Source of the DNA: Chiloscyllium plagiosum
Lineage: Eukaryota
DNA: 64,000 nt
Direction: 5' to 3'
Assembly (NCBI RefSeq): GCF_004010195.1
Contig: NC_057718.1
Span: 91,535,145 to 91,599,144, forward strand
In this document: one piece after another, positions 40,342-52,641 of the stretch
How positions within the stretch are numbered: the stretch's first letter is position 1
How the letters are laid out: the number at the start of each line of letters is the position of its first letter
Notes under the pieces: generated by a model
Told to the model about the DNA's origin: nothing
Seen by the model: only the letters and a program-made list of their open reading frames with translations
Databases searched by the model: none
Made by a program: the position numbers and the translations under genes

Positions 40342-43300
40342 GGCAGTCTTGCTTTGCAGGCTGTAAGAGAGTTTGGGTGCCTGATTTTACTCTCTTTTTA
40401 CATTTTTGTTGCTCTTTCATGGGAAAGAAAGTGAACTTATTTTCACTCATTTATATTAATATGTCCAAGGCATGCTTTGCTGCAGAGACTGCCCGTGAAC
40501 ATAATTAGGAATCATTAGGATTACTTGATTGATGGTCACACAAGGTAGGGTGCCATTTGACTTAATGAGTCACATAACGTTACTGTAACAGTTTAACCTA
40601 CAGGTGCAACACCATTAGAATACTGCAACCATATACCATTTTCAATTTACTAGTTGATGTACCATTGCATTGCACAAGGGGAATCAAAATGCTCAAGTCA
40701 AGTAGATTAGCAGCTGGGACAACCAGATCTAGATGAGGGGAAGGGAAAGAATCAAGAAAAGACAGCAAGATTGAATCAGGAAGAGAGGAGGAGGAGGTGA
40801 ATATTGGAGGAAGCAACAGAGAACATTGTAAAGAGCCATGGCTTAAGCGTCACAATAGAGACTGGAAGAGGAGATATGTGACAGAGAGAATTTACTTTAG
40901 CAATTTAATATGTACTAAATTTGAAACTAATGTGAACTCCTTCAGTTATGCGCGCACATTCGTACCGCTTGAAGTTGCATCAGGCCACACCTTAAGTGCA
41001 TTTTCATTTCTAAGTTGTTGCCAAAATACAGAATACAGTATAAAATTCATTTTAATCAAATCTTCGTACAGGTCTACATTTTGCAATTATTTCAGCATAA
41101 ATAATAAGAGCCCACAAACGTAAATAAGGGCTAAACAGAAGTGAATTAGGTCAACAAAAGATTACTGAAAAAAGAAGATTGGGACAGACATTTCAGGAAG
41201 ATCACTTAAATAACCAAATCTCTGAAAACAGTTTCAAAATCATTTCACCAGCACTGTACATCATTGCATAATTGTCATGCTAGGTATTATCCTGAAATGA
41301 ATGCAAGATTTTCATGGCAGTGATAAAGGCTTAATGCTACTGCATCACAATATTACTTATTCAGCTAGATTAAAAGAAAAGGTTGTTTATAACTGCCACC
41401 TTTATACTAATTCACTACTGAAAATTGGCTTCACTTGCCCTGCAACCTATTTACTAATTGGATGCAAACTAATCACAACTGCTAGCTGGATAGTCGCTCC
41501 CATTCTCGGCACTGCTATCAGCTAGAACAAATGAATTATAACAATGCCACCAAAAATAGCTAAAACGCTCGTGTACAATGTTCCCGATGAATCAGCATAG
41601 GTGCATAAATAACCCAATAGCATGATGTGGTCATTCCAATTCCTGAAACTGAAGAAATTCAATCCTCTCTATTTAGATCTTGCTTATTAATTCTTATTAA
41701 ATTGCCTTAAGTCTGCAGACCTTGTTTAGAAAGGACTGTTCTTATTATTACTGCTTCACATGTGGATAAGTATTTTAAAAAGTCTGAGACCGATTGCCAC
41801 CTGCTGCTTGTGATATGTGATATTGATTTAAATTTTATTTGGGACTCAGCAAGGCTTTCATGTTATACAACAACAAGATTTATACTAAGCCTTGGAGATG
41901 CGAACAATTACAGCTTTGACCTCTAGTCTGCATGGAATTAGTTGGCTTCAGTCAGAATGACAAAGGTATACGACAAAGGGTCTTGGTGCCTAAATTATTT
42001 CTTTCTTTAGTTAACCACTGTGAAAATAACATTCTTCATAAATAAGGTATAAAAATGCTCCTTTTAATTATTATCTCAAATTTTTTTGCCCTCAAAATGA
42101 AATTAACTATCCCATTGTCATCAAATATCTGAGGTTGACATGTATCATCATGATCTAATTTCTAAGCCTGAATTCTCGGGGATTTCTGGCCAACTTTGAG
42201 AAGTCAGCAGCTTGTGTACAAATGGTTAGAATGTTCCTCATTTTCTTTTTCCCTTTTGGTCTGTTAGGATTTTGTACTGGATAAGAAAGAAGTCAGGATT
42301 TTTTTGGTAAGGGAAGAGGTCAATATTTCCAATACCAACCAAAGTACCAAAACTGATTAGTTGGAAATAAACAATGATGAAAGTACCTCTTAAAAACTGA
42401 ATTCAAAGTTAATTTTTTCAGGGATTTTCCAACATAAGGATTTTTGCCTCAATAATAACAAGCTTTAAATGTAATTTCAAAAATCTCATTTGTTGGCCAT
42501 AAAATTTGATCTTGTGCCTTTACCACTCGAGACTTCAACTGCAGTCCTTTCTGATCCTCTGAAACACGAGATGGCCAATCTTCACATTTTGCAGATAGAC
42601 AGAAGTGAACTACACACAATGGCAAAATACCAGTAAAAATGCAAATTATTTATTCAAGTTAAGGCTAAGTGGATGAAGCTTAACTATGTTAAAATATTTT
42701 TAATATTAGTAATTAAATAGAATTGTACATTAGATGGATAAAATTCTGTTAACAACCCAAATCTTTTATAGTAGTACTATTATAAGGTATGTGTCCTTTA
42801 AAAGAAGAATTTTTTCAATTAATTCGATGTTTATCCCATTTATATCACAGGCACTTATTCTGCTTGCACTAACTTACTACTATCTACTCCTCTCCCTAAC
42901 CTTCTGAAAAATTTGGATAGCAACAAAAATTAGCAGCACTTTTTAAAGTGTAAGCAAGCATTATAACACCACTTCTATTGATTCGTATTCTAAAAGTCCA
43001 TTTTTAAAGGGCATCTTATGAATTAAAAAATTGCTTGGTTATGCCAGGCTGGATTTTAGCAGTCCATTGCAGCAAGCAACATGACAACTAGATGACTTAC
43101 TTGTGGTACAGGCCCTGTCTCCTGTCTCAGTTTCTCCTACTCTCCTGTCAGACAGACTCCCCCCAGTTGCATTGGAGCCCTGAAGGTACTGAAGCAAGAC
43201 TGCTGCCCAGTGACAGGTTGTCAAATCTGTCTCATTAATGGACCAACTGACACCCATTGTCCCCAAGTCCCTGACAATTTAGGAGCGACTCAGGTCGTGC

Positions 43301-45348
43301 ACATTTCTAGTGCCCTTGGTAAGCCTGCCAGACAAAACCTGATGGGCCTGCAACAGCCTCTTGGGAGTGAGGGATTGGAATGGGCACTATGTGGGGTCTA
43401 GCTTTAACAGTGGAGTTATTACTGAAGACCAAATTCCTGCCCTCACCTTAGACATGTCCCTCAACCCACTCTTCTGCGACCTCCATCTCATATTCACTTG
43501 CCAGTGGCTTGGGGTTCATTTGCAATTCTGGACACAGTGCTGCCAGCAGCCACCACTTTTGCTGATAGGGTGGCACTGGTAAGCTGCTCTTCTGTGACAG
43601 GACCTTTGCTACCAAAGACCTCAGACCCAGGAAAGGACTGACTGTGAACAACTGACTGCTTGGTCAGACTTCCCTACAGAACAAATGGATATTCCCTGCT
43701 GGTTCCTTGATCAAACTGGTGAGACAACACTGGCACAATAAAATCCCAGCCACTGTGTGGATACTGAAATTAATGTGTCAATGACAATTGCTCGGTTTTT
43801 ACCCATTCCTCCTTATGATTGTTTGTCATGTTGTTATAGCTTGCATACTTTGACCTATGAATACACTTCACACTTAGTCAAAAAATACTGAATTTCTTCA
43901 CCCAATTATACACAGTGATTAAATACTGGCAACTTCAGTATACTGTAGTTGTGGTGCAAACTTCATAAATAGTAATAATATCTGTATACAACCATTCAGT
44001 TTGGTGTTTCATTGGCCTATGTGATGTGCTGCATTGTTGCAACGACTTAAGTATCGTTCAAGGAAAGCCTTATGGAATTATTAAACATAGATATTTAATT
44101 AGACTACACAAAATTAACTTGATTTGATGTAGAACATGACAAAAAAAATGCATGATGCAGTTTTCCTGTTATCTTTTGTGCTTGTCAAAGGATTTAAGAA
44201 TGCAGAGCTGTTTTATACCACTAACTACTCAGGAAGTAACATGGCAACTACTTCTTACGACCATCAACATTGTTCCCAGATAAACTCGAATCTCAATAAT
44301 AATGGAACAAATCTGGATTTTGTTGATATATATAATCCTCAGATGAAACACTGTCTAGAAAACTGTGTTTTAATATACACATTATTGCCACAAGAAACAG
44401 TTTATACTGAGGTGACAGTAATACCTCTGTGGGCTATAATCACAAGCAATGAATTTATTCACAACTATTCTGTGCTACTTTGACACTGGATCAAGTTTCT
44501 CACCAAAGTATGATTTCTCTCCTCCTACTTTTCCTAATTATGTTTAAAGAAATTCCACTGAGCCAGATCTGTGAATTGCATGTTTTAGTACACTCAATTA
44601 TGCAATGGAAATGTGCAAAAAACTCATTTCTCACCCAGTATAATACGATATATAGCCGAATACATGATACAATACAATATTGCAATCCTCCATATTCTTC
44701 AGACAATACCCAGCAGTAATTCTTACCAACTGGCCATCAGAACGTGCTTTCTCCAGAGTCTTAGCTCCTTTTATCATGCAAGAAATGTATAATGTTACTC
44801 AACTGCACCTTTTGAACAAGATCATATAAAGCTAAAGAAAAAAAACTAATACACAAAGACACAAGCTACGTGGTTTTTAAATTTGTAATCCTACCAATGT
44901 CAGAATAAGCCTAACAATATCTTGAAGTAAGTATTCACGTATTAAACATTCATATATATCAAACATTTGGCTTGTGAACATGAATTGAGAATGTTAAGTC
45001 ATTATGTATACTTGGCCATAATATTCATTTCTGGTAAATGGTTGGCACAACTTTAGCGACCAATTGCCTTTGCCTGGGTTACATCAAAAGCTGCAACTTA
45101 AACTGGACTACTTTACAAATAACACACTATACAACTACTATTAACTAAATCAGCTACTGAAGAACAAACAACAGAAGAAACGATTTGATTAAAATTAACA
45201 TAATGCAAAAGTATGCAAGCCAAAATAAAAATTCTTACCAAAAATACCCTTATAATTTTGTAACAAACAAATTAAATGTTTAGCAGGGACAGAATGCTAT
45301 TCTGCACAGATTAATTGACATTGGTAAAAGGCGCACAGTGCAAGAGGA

Positions 45349-45509
45349 ACCTTGATTATCCGAAAGCCTCGGGCAGGGTGTATTTGAATCAGATAATCGA
45401 ACGTCCAAATAATCAAATGCCAGATAACATAGTTCAGCCAAGCATCGGGACCTTGCGATTTGTCCGAATATTCCGAAATTCGGATAATCAGATGCCGGAT
45501 AATCAAGGT
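45349..45509. mobile_element. Tigger/pogo-like MITE remnant
   Basis: Perfect 14-bp inverted repeat accttgattatccg / cggataatcaaggt with internal gataatc subrepeats. Confidence 0.7.
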
Positions 45510-46371
45510 CACTAGCTATCTATAAAATGTTAACTGATGGTGTAGTACTCTTTCTTAAAAAAATTCCACTTTGTAAAATGGAACTGACCAACAATTAATG
45601 CAAGAATCCACACTTTGCTGTTGAAAGGTAGTGAGATAGAACTAAATATTTTTTACACACATTAGGAGTAATATAAAATTACACCACATATTTGATTCTA
45701 ATACTAATGAGAGATATTAGTTAATTATGTGAGAGACACAATCAATTTATTCTATGTTGCATCATTTTATACACTGCACACACTTCATACATGGAATATC
45801 AGCCATGTCATAATTCTCCTCTGTTCAGCTGACTAAAATGCGATCAGTATATTATAATAAAAATTTTACCTTTTGCTCAAATTAAACTTATTTTACCAAA
45901 ATTATTGAGATATGAAAATAGTGGAGAATGCACAACTATCAGGTAAGGAGTTTTTTGCTTATACAAACTCGTCCACTCCTATATTATATAATTTTCAATG
46001 ACTAACTTCCAATTTTACTGCCTGTTTATTTTACATTACAATGCCAATATTTCCTGCAACAATGCATTGTATGCCCTCAATGAGGTGGCTGCTAACCAAA
46101 AACAAAGAATTGATGTATAGAATAAATCATGCTCCTGTGAAAGCATTAATAGGCATACCACAGATGCCCATATCCTGCATGGAATGTAGCCCTCCAAGTC
46201 ATTAGAATGCTGTAAACATCTAATTAATTTCATCAGCTCACAAGCCCTAATGAAGTGTTAACAGCATTGCAGTGGGAGAGTATGTTCAAGAGCATATGGC
46301 ATTGTGTTCATGTATAGTAAAATAATCCAATTTCCTTTCTAAATCTTTGTTCAACAGGTATTCAATAATAT

Positions 46372-47737
46372 TCTGGATTAGTGGTGCTGGAAGAGCACAG
46401 CAGTTCAGGGAGCATCCGAGGAACAGTAAAATCGACGTTTCGGGCAAAAGCACTTCTTCAGGAATAAAGGCAGAGAGCCTGAAGCGTGGATAGATAAGCT
46501 AGAGGAGGGTGGGGGTGGAGAAAGTAGCATAGAGTACAATAGGTGGGTGGGGGAGGGGATGAAGGTGANNNNNNNNNNNNNNNNNNNNNNNNNNNNNNNN
46601 NNNNNNNNNNNNNNNNNNNNNNNNNNNNNNNNNNNNNNNNNNNNNNNNNNNNNNNNNNNNNNNNNNNNNNNNNNNNNNNNNNNNNNNNNNNNNNNNNNNN
46701 NNNNNNNNNNNNNNNNNNNNNNNNNNNNNNNNNNNNNNNNNNNNNNNNNNNNNNNNNNNNNNNNNNNNNNNNNNNNNNNNNNNNNNNNNNNNNNNNNNNN
46801 NNNNNNNNNNNNNNNNNNNNNNNNNNNNNNNNNNNNNNNNNNNNNNNNNNNNNNNNNNNNNNNNNNNNNNNNNNNNNNNNNNNNNNNNNNNNNNNNNNNN
46901 NNNNNNNNNNNNNNNNNNNNNNNNNNNNNNNNNNNNNNNNNNNNNNNNNNNNNNNNNNNNNNNNNNNNNNNNNNNNNNNNNNNNNNNNNNNNNNNNNNNN
47001 NNNNNNNNNNNNNNNNNNNNNNNNNNNNNNNNNNNNNNNNNNNNNNNNNNNNNNNNNNNNNNNNNNNNNNNNNNNNNNNNNNNNNNNNNNNNNNNNNNNN
47101 NNNNNNNNNNNNNNNNNNNNNNNNNNNNNNNNNNNNNNNNNNNNNNNNNNNNNNNNNNNNNNNNNNNNNNNNNNNNNNNNNNNNNNNNNNNNNNNNNNNN
47201 NNNNNNNNNNNNNNNNNNNNNNNNNNNNNNNNNNNNNNNNNNNNNNNNNNNNNNNNNNNNNNNNNNNNNNNNNNNNNNNNNNNNNNNNNNNNNNNNNNNN
47301 NNNNNNNNNNNNNNNNNNNNNNNNNNNNNNNNNNNNNNNNNNNNNNNNNNNNNNNNNNNNNNNNNNNNNNNNNNNNNNNNNNNNNNNNNNNNNNNNNNNN
47401 NNNNNNNNNNNNNNNNNNNNNNNNNNNNNNNNNNNNNNNNNNNNNNNNNNNNNNNNNGGGGTAAAAACAAAGACTGCAGATGCTGGAAACCAGAGTCTAG
47501 ATCAGAGTGGTGGTGGAAAAGCACGGCAGGTCAGGCAGCATCCGACCAATGCAGTCATCAATGTAGCGGAGGAAGAGGTGGGGAGTGGTGCCGGTGTAAT
47601 TACGGAAGATCGACTGTTCTACGTCGCCAACAAAGAGACAGGCATAACTGGGGCCCATACATGTGCCCATGGCTACCCCTTTGGTCTGGAGGAAGTGGGA
47701 GGATTCGAAGGAGAAATTTTAAGGGTGAGGATCAGTT
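46372..47737 (-). mobile_element. Penelope-like retroelement: RT fragment, terminal repeats and hammerhead motif, spanning a gap
   Basis: Minus 47545-47717 translates FSFESSHFLQTKGVAMGTCMGPSYACLFVGDVEQSIFRNYTGTTPHLFLRYIDDCIG (PLE-type GxAMG and YIDD motifs); terminal-repeat copies at 46372-46465 and 47461-47545. Confidence 0.9.
46431..46464 (-). ncRNA. Minimal hammerhead ribozyme motif with intact core
   Basis: Minus strand ttc-CTGAAGA-a-gtgc-tttt-gccc-GAAAC-GTC-gat; one mismatch in stem II, very short stem I. Confidence 0.65.
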
Positions 47738-48740
47738 TGGACTATCTTTTTGAACGCATTATGCTTTTCTCACTTAATTCCACATCACATTCCTAGTACA
47801 AGATTCAAAAATCATCTAGATATATTATACGGAATTATAAAAAAAAGTACATTTCCTCAAGATAATTTATTTTTTGAAAAGAAAAAGTACTATTTATATA
47901 TTTTCCTGACATTTAAATTCATGTTTATTGGGAAACATGCATTTACAAAGCAACATTAGTTGTGAGAATATTCTTCAATGTCAATCAATGGCTCTGAACA
48001 TGCCTAGCCTTCCACAGGGAATCACCTCAAGAAAAGTACGTTTTAAAAATGTTTTAATTCAAAAAGTTTGGCCTTTTTATAAAGCGGGCAACCAAGGTTA
48101 TACGTAGCAGTAGAAAATGTCAGTTAGATTAGGAATAGTGTTTTAAGTGACGATAAACTTGAAGTTTAAAAGCCTGGCAAGCAAGACATCAAGACAAGGA
48201 GTTCCATGACGTTGAGATTTTGGGAAATGATGATTTGGGACACACACAGTTTGTTTTATAATGAAATAACTACTGAAATGCATTCCTTTATGTTGTGTTC
48301 CGCTGAAAGAATGGAGCATGACTTTAGAAAAAAAATGAATAAAGCACTGATCAAGTGACAAATAGTATGTAAGTAATACCATATACATAAATCACAAAAA
48401 AAAGCTACAGGAAGCTTTGGCCTGGACTTAATAGATGGTGAAGCAAAGGTATTCACCTTCTACCTTGCAACTAATTGCAAACATTAAAGAATTTTTACGG
48501 ACATCAGGAAATAAATAGGGCTAAAATAAGATTACTTCTTAAAAATTTCTGTAAAGCAAAGAATGGTGCATATGCAAGGCATAAAGATCATGCTGAAATA
48601 TGGAAAAAAATCTTTAAGTAACATACTTTTTAAAAATCTAGTCATTCATGTTATTGGTTATATTTACCACCATTCCACAACAAAAGTGTGTGTTTAGGAT
48701 CCAATCCTATGTTTAGAAATAGTTATTAATCAAATTACTT

Positions 48741-49074
48741 GGCGGCACGGTGACTCAGTGGTTATCACTGCTGCCTCACAGCACCAGGATCCACAGCACC
48801 AGGATCCCAGGTTTGATTCCAGCCTTGGGTGACTGCCTGTGTGGAGTTTGCATATTCTGCCTAGGTCTGCGTGGGTTTCCTCCGGGTGCTTCAGTTTCCT
48901 CCCACAGTCCAAAGATGTGCAGGTCAGGTGAATTGGCCATGCTAAATTGCCCATAGTGTTAGGTATGTTAGTCAGAGGGAAATGGGTCTGGGTGGGTTCC
49001 TCTTTGGAGAATCTGTGTGGACTGGTTGAGCTGAAGGGCCTGTTTCCGCACTGTAGGGAATCTAATCTAATCTA
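48741..49074 (+). mobile_element. HE1-like V-SINE with a 15-bp internal tandem duplication
   Basis: Head ggcggcacggtgactcagtggtta, cacagcaccaggatc x2 at 48777-48806, tail (aatct)3. Confidence 0.9.
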
Positions 49075-49311
49075 AAAAAAAAATCCAGTTGCACCTGATT
49101 GAACAAGGTGCAATGTTTTATGGGAATTTCAACAGCAACGCAGGAGAGGAAAAATAAAATTTCTCACCAGATTTCAATGCTTGCTGGCTCTGGGTTAGTG
49201 TCTTTAATGCAATAACAGATCACAACTTTAGGACTTTCCATGTGAATGTGAACTTCTGTTAACTCTTCAAAGTGTGGTCGATGTCAGAAGGGTAATTGCA
49301 TCAAAAGCTAT

Positions 49312-50140
49312 TGTAAGAATTCTGATTTATTATTTGTAAGACTTTAAAAATTATGAACTCTAAGGAAAGAGGAAGGATGATGAATTTCATGGCAAGGAAT
49401 TTTATATTTATCATGAACTCTGTTTTGTGGCTATAAATTCCTGCAAAGTTGCAGATGATTAGGAGCTGAGGAGTTATTTACAAGTGAAGCTTATTGGTTC
49501 TCAGCTAACTGAATAGGTTGGAACTGGAAACAAGTGACAAAAACACAAACTCAAAAAGGAAAAGACACAGAGGAGCATTCTGTTGTTCTGCCAGCAGAAG
49601 CTGCCTGTTCTCTGCAGTAAAAGTAACTCAGTTTAATTTTGAAGTAAACCAGTTACCTTTCGTGTAGCTGTTATCAAGACTTTTGAATTTATAGATCAGA
49701 GACATTTTTCGGGATACGTACTATTTACGAACAAGTGGAAGATCACAGAACACAAAGGGCTTGGTTAGCTGAAGGAGGATCATTTCAACGTTGGAATCGG
49801 GAAGCAAAAACTATGAAACTGACTTTCCAGTTTTTCTCTACCTCTGCCAATGAGTCTGTTTTCCCTTTCTAAGGGAGAGTTTATAATGGGATTAGAGTTG
49901 TAGTTAATTGTGTCAGATGCCAACAGTTTACATCTGTTTACTTGAAGGTATAACATAATTACTTACAATAATTAGCAATTCTTATTTAGTACAGAAACCT
50001 GAACTATGCTTCTGTCAATCTCGGTCTGAAAGTCAAGAAAATTGGGGAATTGTGTGCCCCTTAAAAATCTTTAAAGTCTGGTACCATTCCAGGAATAGTG
50101 GGGCTTGATTTACAGCATACTACCCCAGTGGGTGATAGCA
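49312..50140 (+). mobile_element. Possible old solo LTR
   Basis: tgtaag...gatagca ends and LTR-like composition; no clear TSD. Confidence 0.3.
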
Positions 50141-50375
50141 TCATTAAATTCCACTTGCAATATCATGGCCAACAGTTAAAAAGGCATTCAAGAAACTTTG
50201 TGAAGCATGCTCATGAGATTTTCTGTTTATGAACTTGGAGGCACCACAATGCAAAACTAAATTTACTTTTCGAGAGGTGTCATTTTTATGCATTCCCGTC
50301 AGCCACAAATTTACATCCCTTGGTTTCCTCAATAAATAACAAGTAGTAACTACTGGTTTTCAACTTCAGTGCTCA

Positions 50376-50830
50376 TGAACATATGAAATGGGAGCCGGAG
50401 TAGCCACATAGCCCTTTGAGCTTGCTCTGCCATTCAATAAAATCATAACTGAACTCTTACACCAACTCCACTTTCTCATCCAATCCACATTTTGCTCTAT
50501 TCGCGAAGTGCCCCAAAATCCATCAAAGTCAATTGTAAAACTACTCACTAATTAACTGTAGCCATTTGGGGGAGAGAATTTGAAAGTCATACCTCTACAT
50601 GAAGAAACTTTCCATAAATGGTCATCCCTTATCCTGAGATTATAAGCCCTAGTTCTAGATTCTTTATTTGGAAAATAAATCCAGTTTTTTATTTTTCCCA
50701 CAAAATAGATGATTTCACACTTCCCCATATGATATTCTATCAGCCATATCCATGCTCACTTAACTGGTCTTTTCCACTTGCAGGATCTTCGTGTGTGCTC
50801 ATAACTTAAATTTTCATCTCACACTTTGTA
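50376..50830 (-). mobile_element. Degraded CR1 3' fragment
   Basis: ggagtagccacatagccctttgagcttgctctgccattcaat is the reverse complement of a CR1 3' end. Confidence 0.65.
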
Positions 50831-52051
50831 TAATTAATAATTAACATGATTGTACAATTGTACAAAACTAATACTTTTTGAGGAGTTGGCATCTTTAGTC
50901 TTTTTACAGTACGTTAGGTGTTCAAGGAGCGATTGTAACATTTTTCTCTGACAAAACTTGCCAGCATCGAAAGTGAACAGTTAATTACCGTGAACTAAAA
51001 TTACTTTGCTGTCCAAAGTACTGGTCATCAGGATACATGGGATTAGCCATCAACAGTTTTAGTGGAGTTGGAATGTGACTTTTCAGACGGCTACTCATTC
51101 ATCACAATAAAGTGGATGAGGGTGTGGTTAAAAAACCAGGGCTGATAAGAACTAACAACATTCACATGTTTGAAAGATTATGGCAATTTTTCATTATCTG
51201 ATTTACATACAGAACAAAATAAGCTGCAAATTTCAGATGATTGGGCTGTCATAATCAAAATTGACAGCCAAGTGATGATGTTCAGCACTGACATCGATTA
51301 AAGCTGCCTGTAAAGATCTGGTAAGCTCTGTGGTGTGAAATTCATTTTGGCTAAAATTAATTTCACTCTGGCATCAACCCGGCAGGGATTCCTGCTGTGC
51401 AGAAACAATGATACCATCAACCAGACCAAGCAGTCAATAACACTGTAGAATTCTCACAGACAGCAAACCAGGAAAACAAGAAGCAGGTTAACCTTTCATT
51501 TTTTATGATTTTACAGATATAGAAATAAAGACAGATTTACAACTGGCATTTTAGATAGAAACTATAACATTTAAAAGAATGTGGAATTTTAAAAAAGAAT
51601 GAAGAATTTTGACATTTCACAAATTCACTTTGAAAGGCATTATGAATGCGTGTTGTGAACAATCCAGTTACACCTCATTAATCAGTGAAATTGTGCTTCA
51701 AAAACTAGAGAAATTTCACAAAACGAAATCCTCTACAGTGCACACTTTGGAGAAGTGAGAATCATTAACAGCAATATCTACATTTTACTTTATTGCTAGA
51801 AATTTATGTCTATTTTACAAAACAACATTGATAAATGCTGGTGGCTTCACTGTTATTATAATTTCAAAAATATCGGAGCAAATATCTATGTTCTGGTTGC
51901 TAAGGACATAAAGTGGCACGATATTGCAGTCATCCTTTCAGACCATCCCTTAACCTCAGCACTTGTCTAAGGCAAAACCAGAGTTTTGTGCATCTTGTGG
52001 GTTGTGCCTTTAAACATCAAAAGGATACATATGCTCCAAGTCACAGAATAT

Positions 52052-52141
52052 GAGAGAGAGAGAGCGCGCACGAGAGCAAGAGCGGTGTGTGTGTGTGTGT
52101 GTGAGTGAGTGAGTGAGTGAGTGTGAGTGAGTGAGTGAGAC
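52052..52141. repeat. Compound microsatellite (GA)n/(GT)n/(GAGT)n
   Basis: Directly visible; runs into a gap. Confidence 0.95.
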
Positions 52142-52641
52142 NNNNNNNNNNNNNNNNNNNNNNNNNNNNNNNNNNNNNNNNNNNNNNNNNNNNNNNNNNN
52201 NNNNNNNNNNNNNNNNNNNNNNNNNNNNNNNNNNNNNNNNNNNNNNNNNNNNNNNNNNNNNNNNNNNNNNNNNNNNNNNNNNNNNNNNNNNNNNNNNNNN
52301 NNNNNNNNNNNNNNNNNNNNNNNNNNNNNNNNNNNNNNNNNNNNNNNNNNNNNNNNNNNNNNNNNNNNNNNNNNNNNNNNNNNNNNNNNNNNNNNNNNNN
52401 NNNNNNNNNNNNNNNNNNNNNNNNNNNNNNNNNNNNNNNNNNNNNNNNNNNNNNNNNNNNNNNNNNNNNNNNNNNNNNNNNNNNNNNNNNNNNNNNNNNN
52501 NNNNNNNNNNNNNNNNNNNNNNNNNNNNNNNNNNNNNNNNNNNNNNNNNNNNNNNNNNNNNNNNNNNNNNNNNNNNNNNNNNNNNNNNNNNNNNNNNNNN
52601 NNNNNNNNNNNNNNNNNNNNNNNNNNNNNNNNNNNNNNNNN

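Noticed and set aside
42524..42599. Possible exon HFCLSAKCEDWPSRVSEDQKGLQLKSRV
   Set aside because: U2-type donor and phases incompatible with the surrounding phase-2 U12 intron; no RalGAP similarity
48741..48825. tRNA gene
   Set aside because: tRNA-derived SINE head continuing into a V-domain and LINE tail
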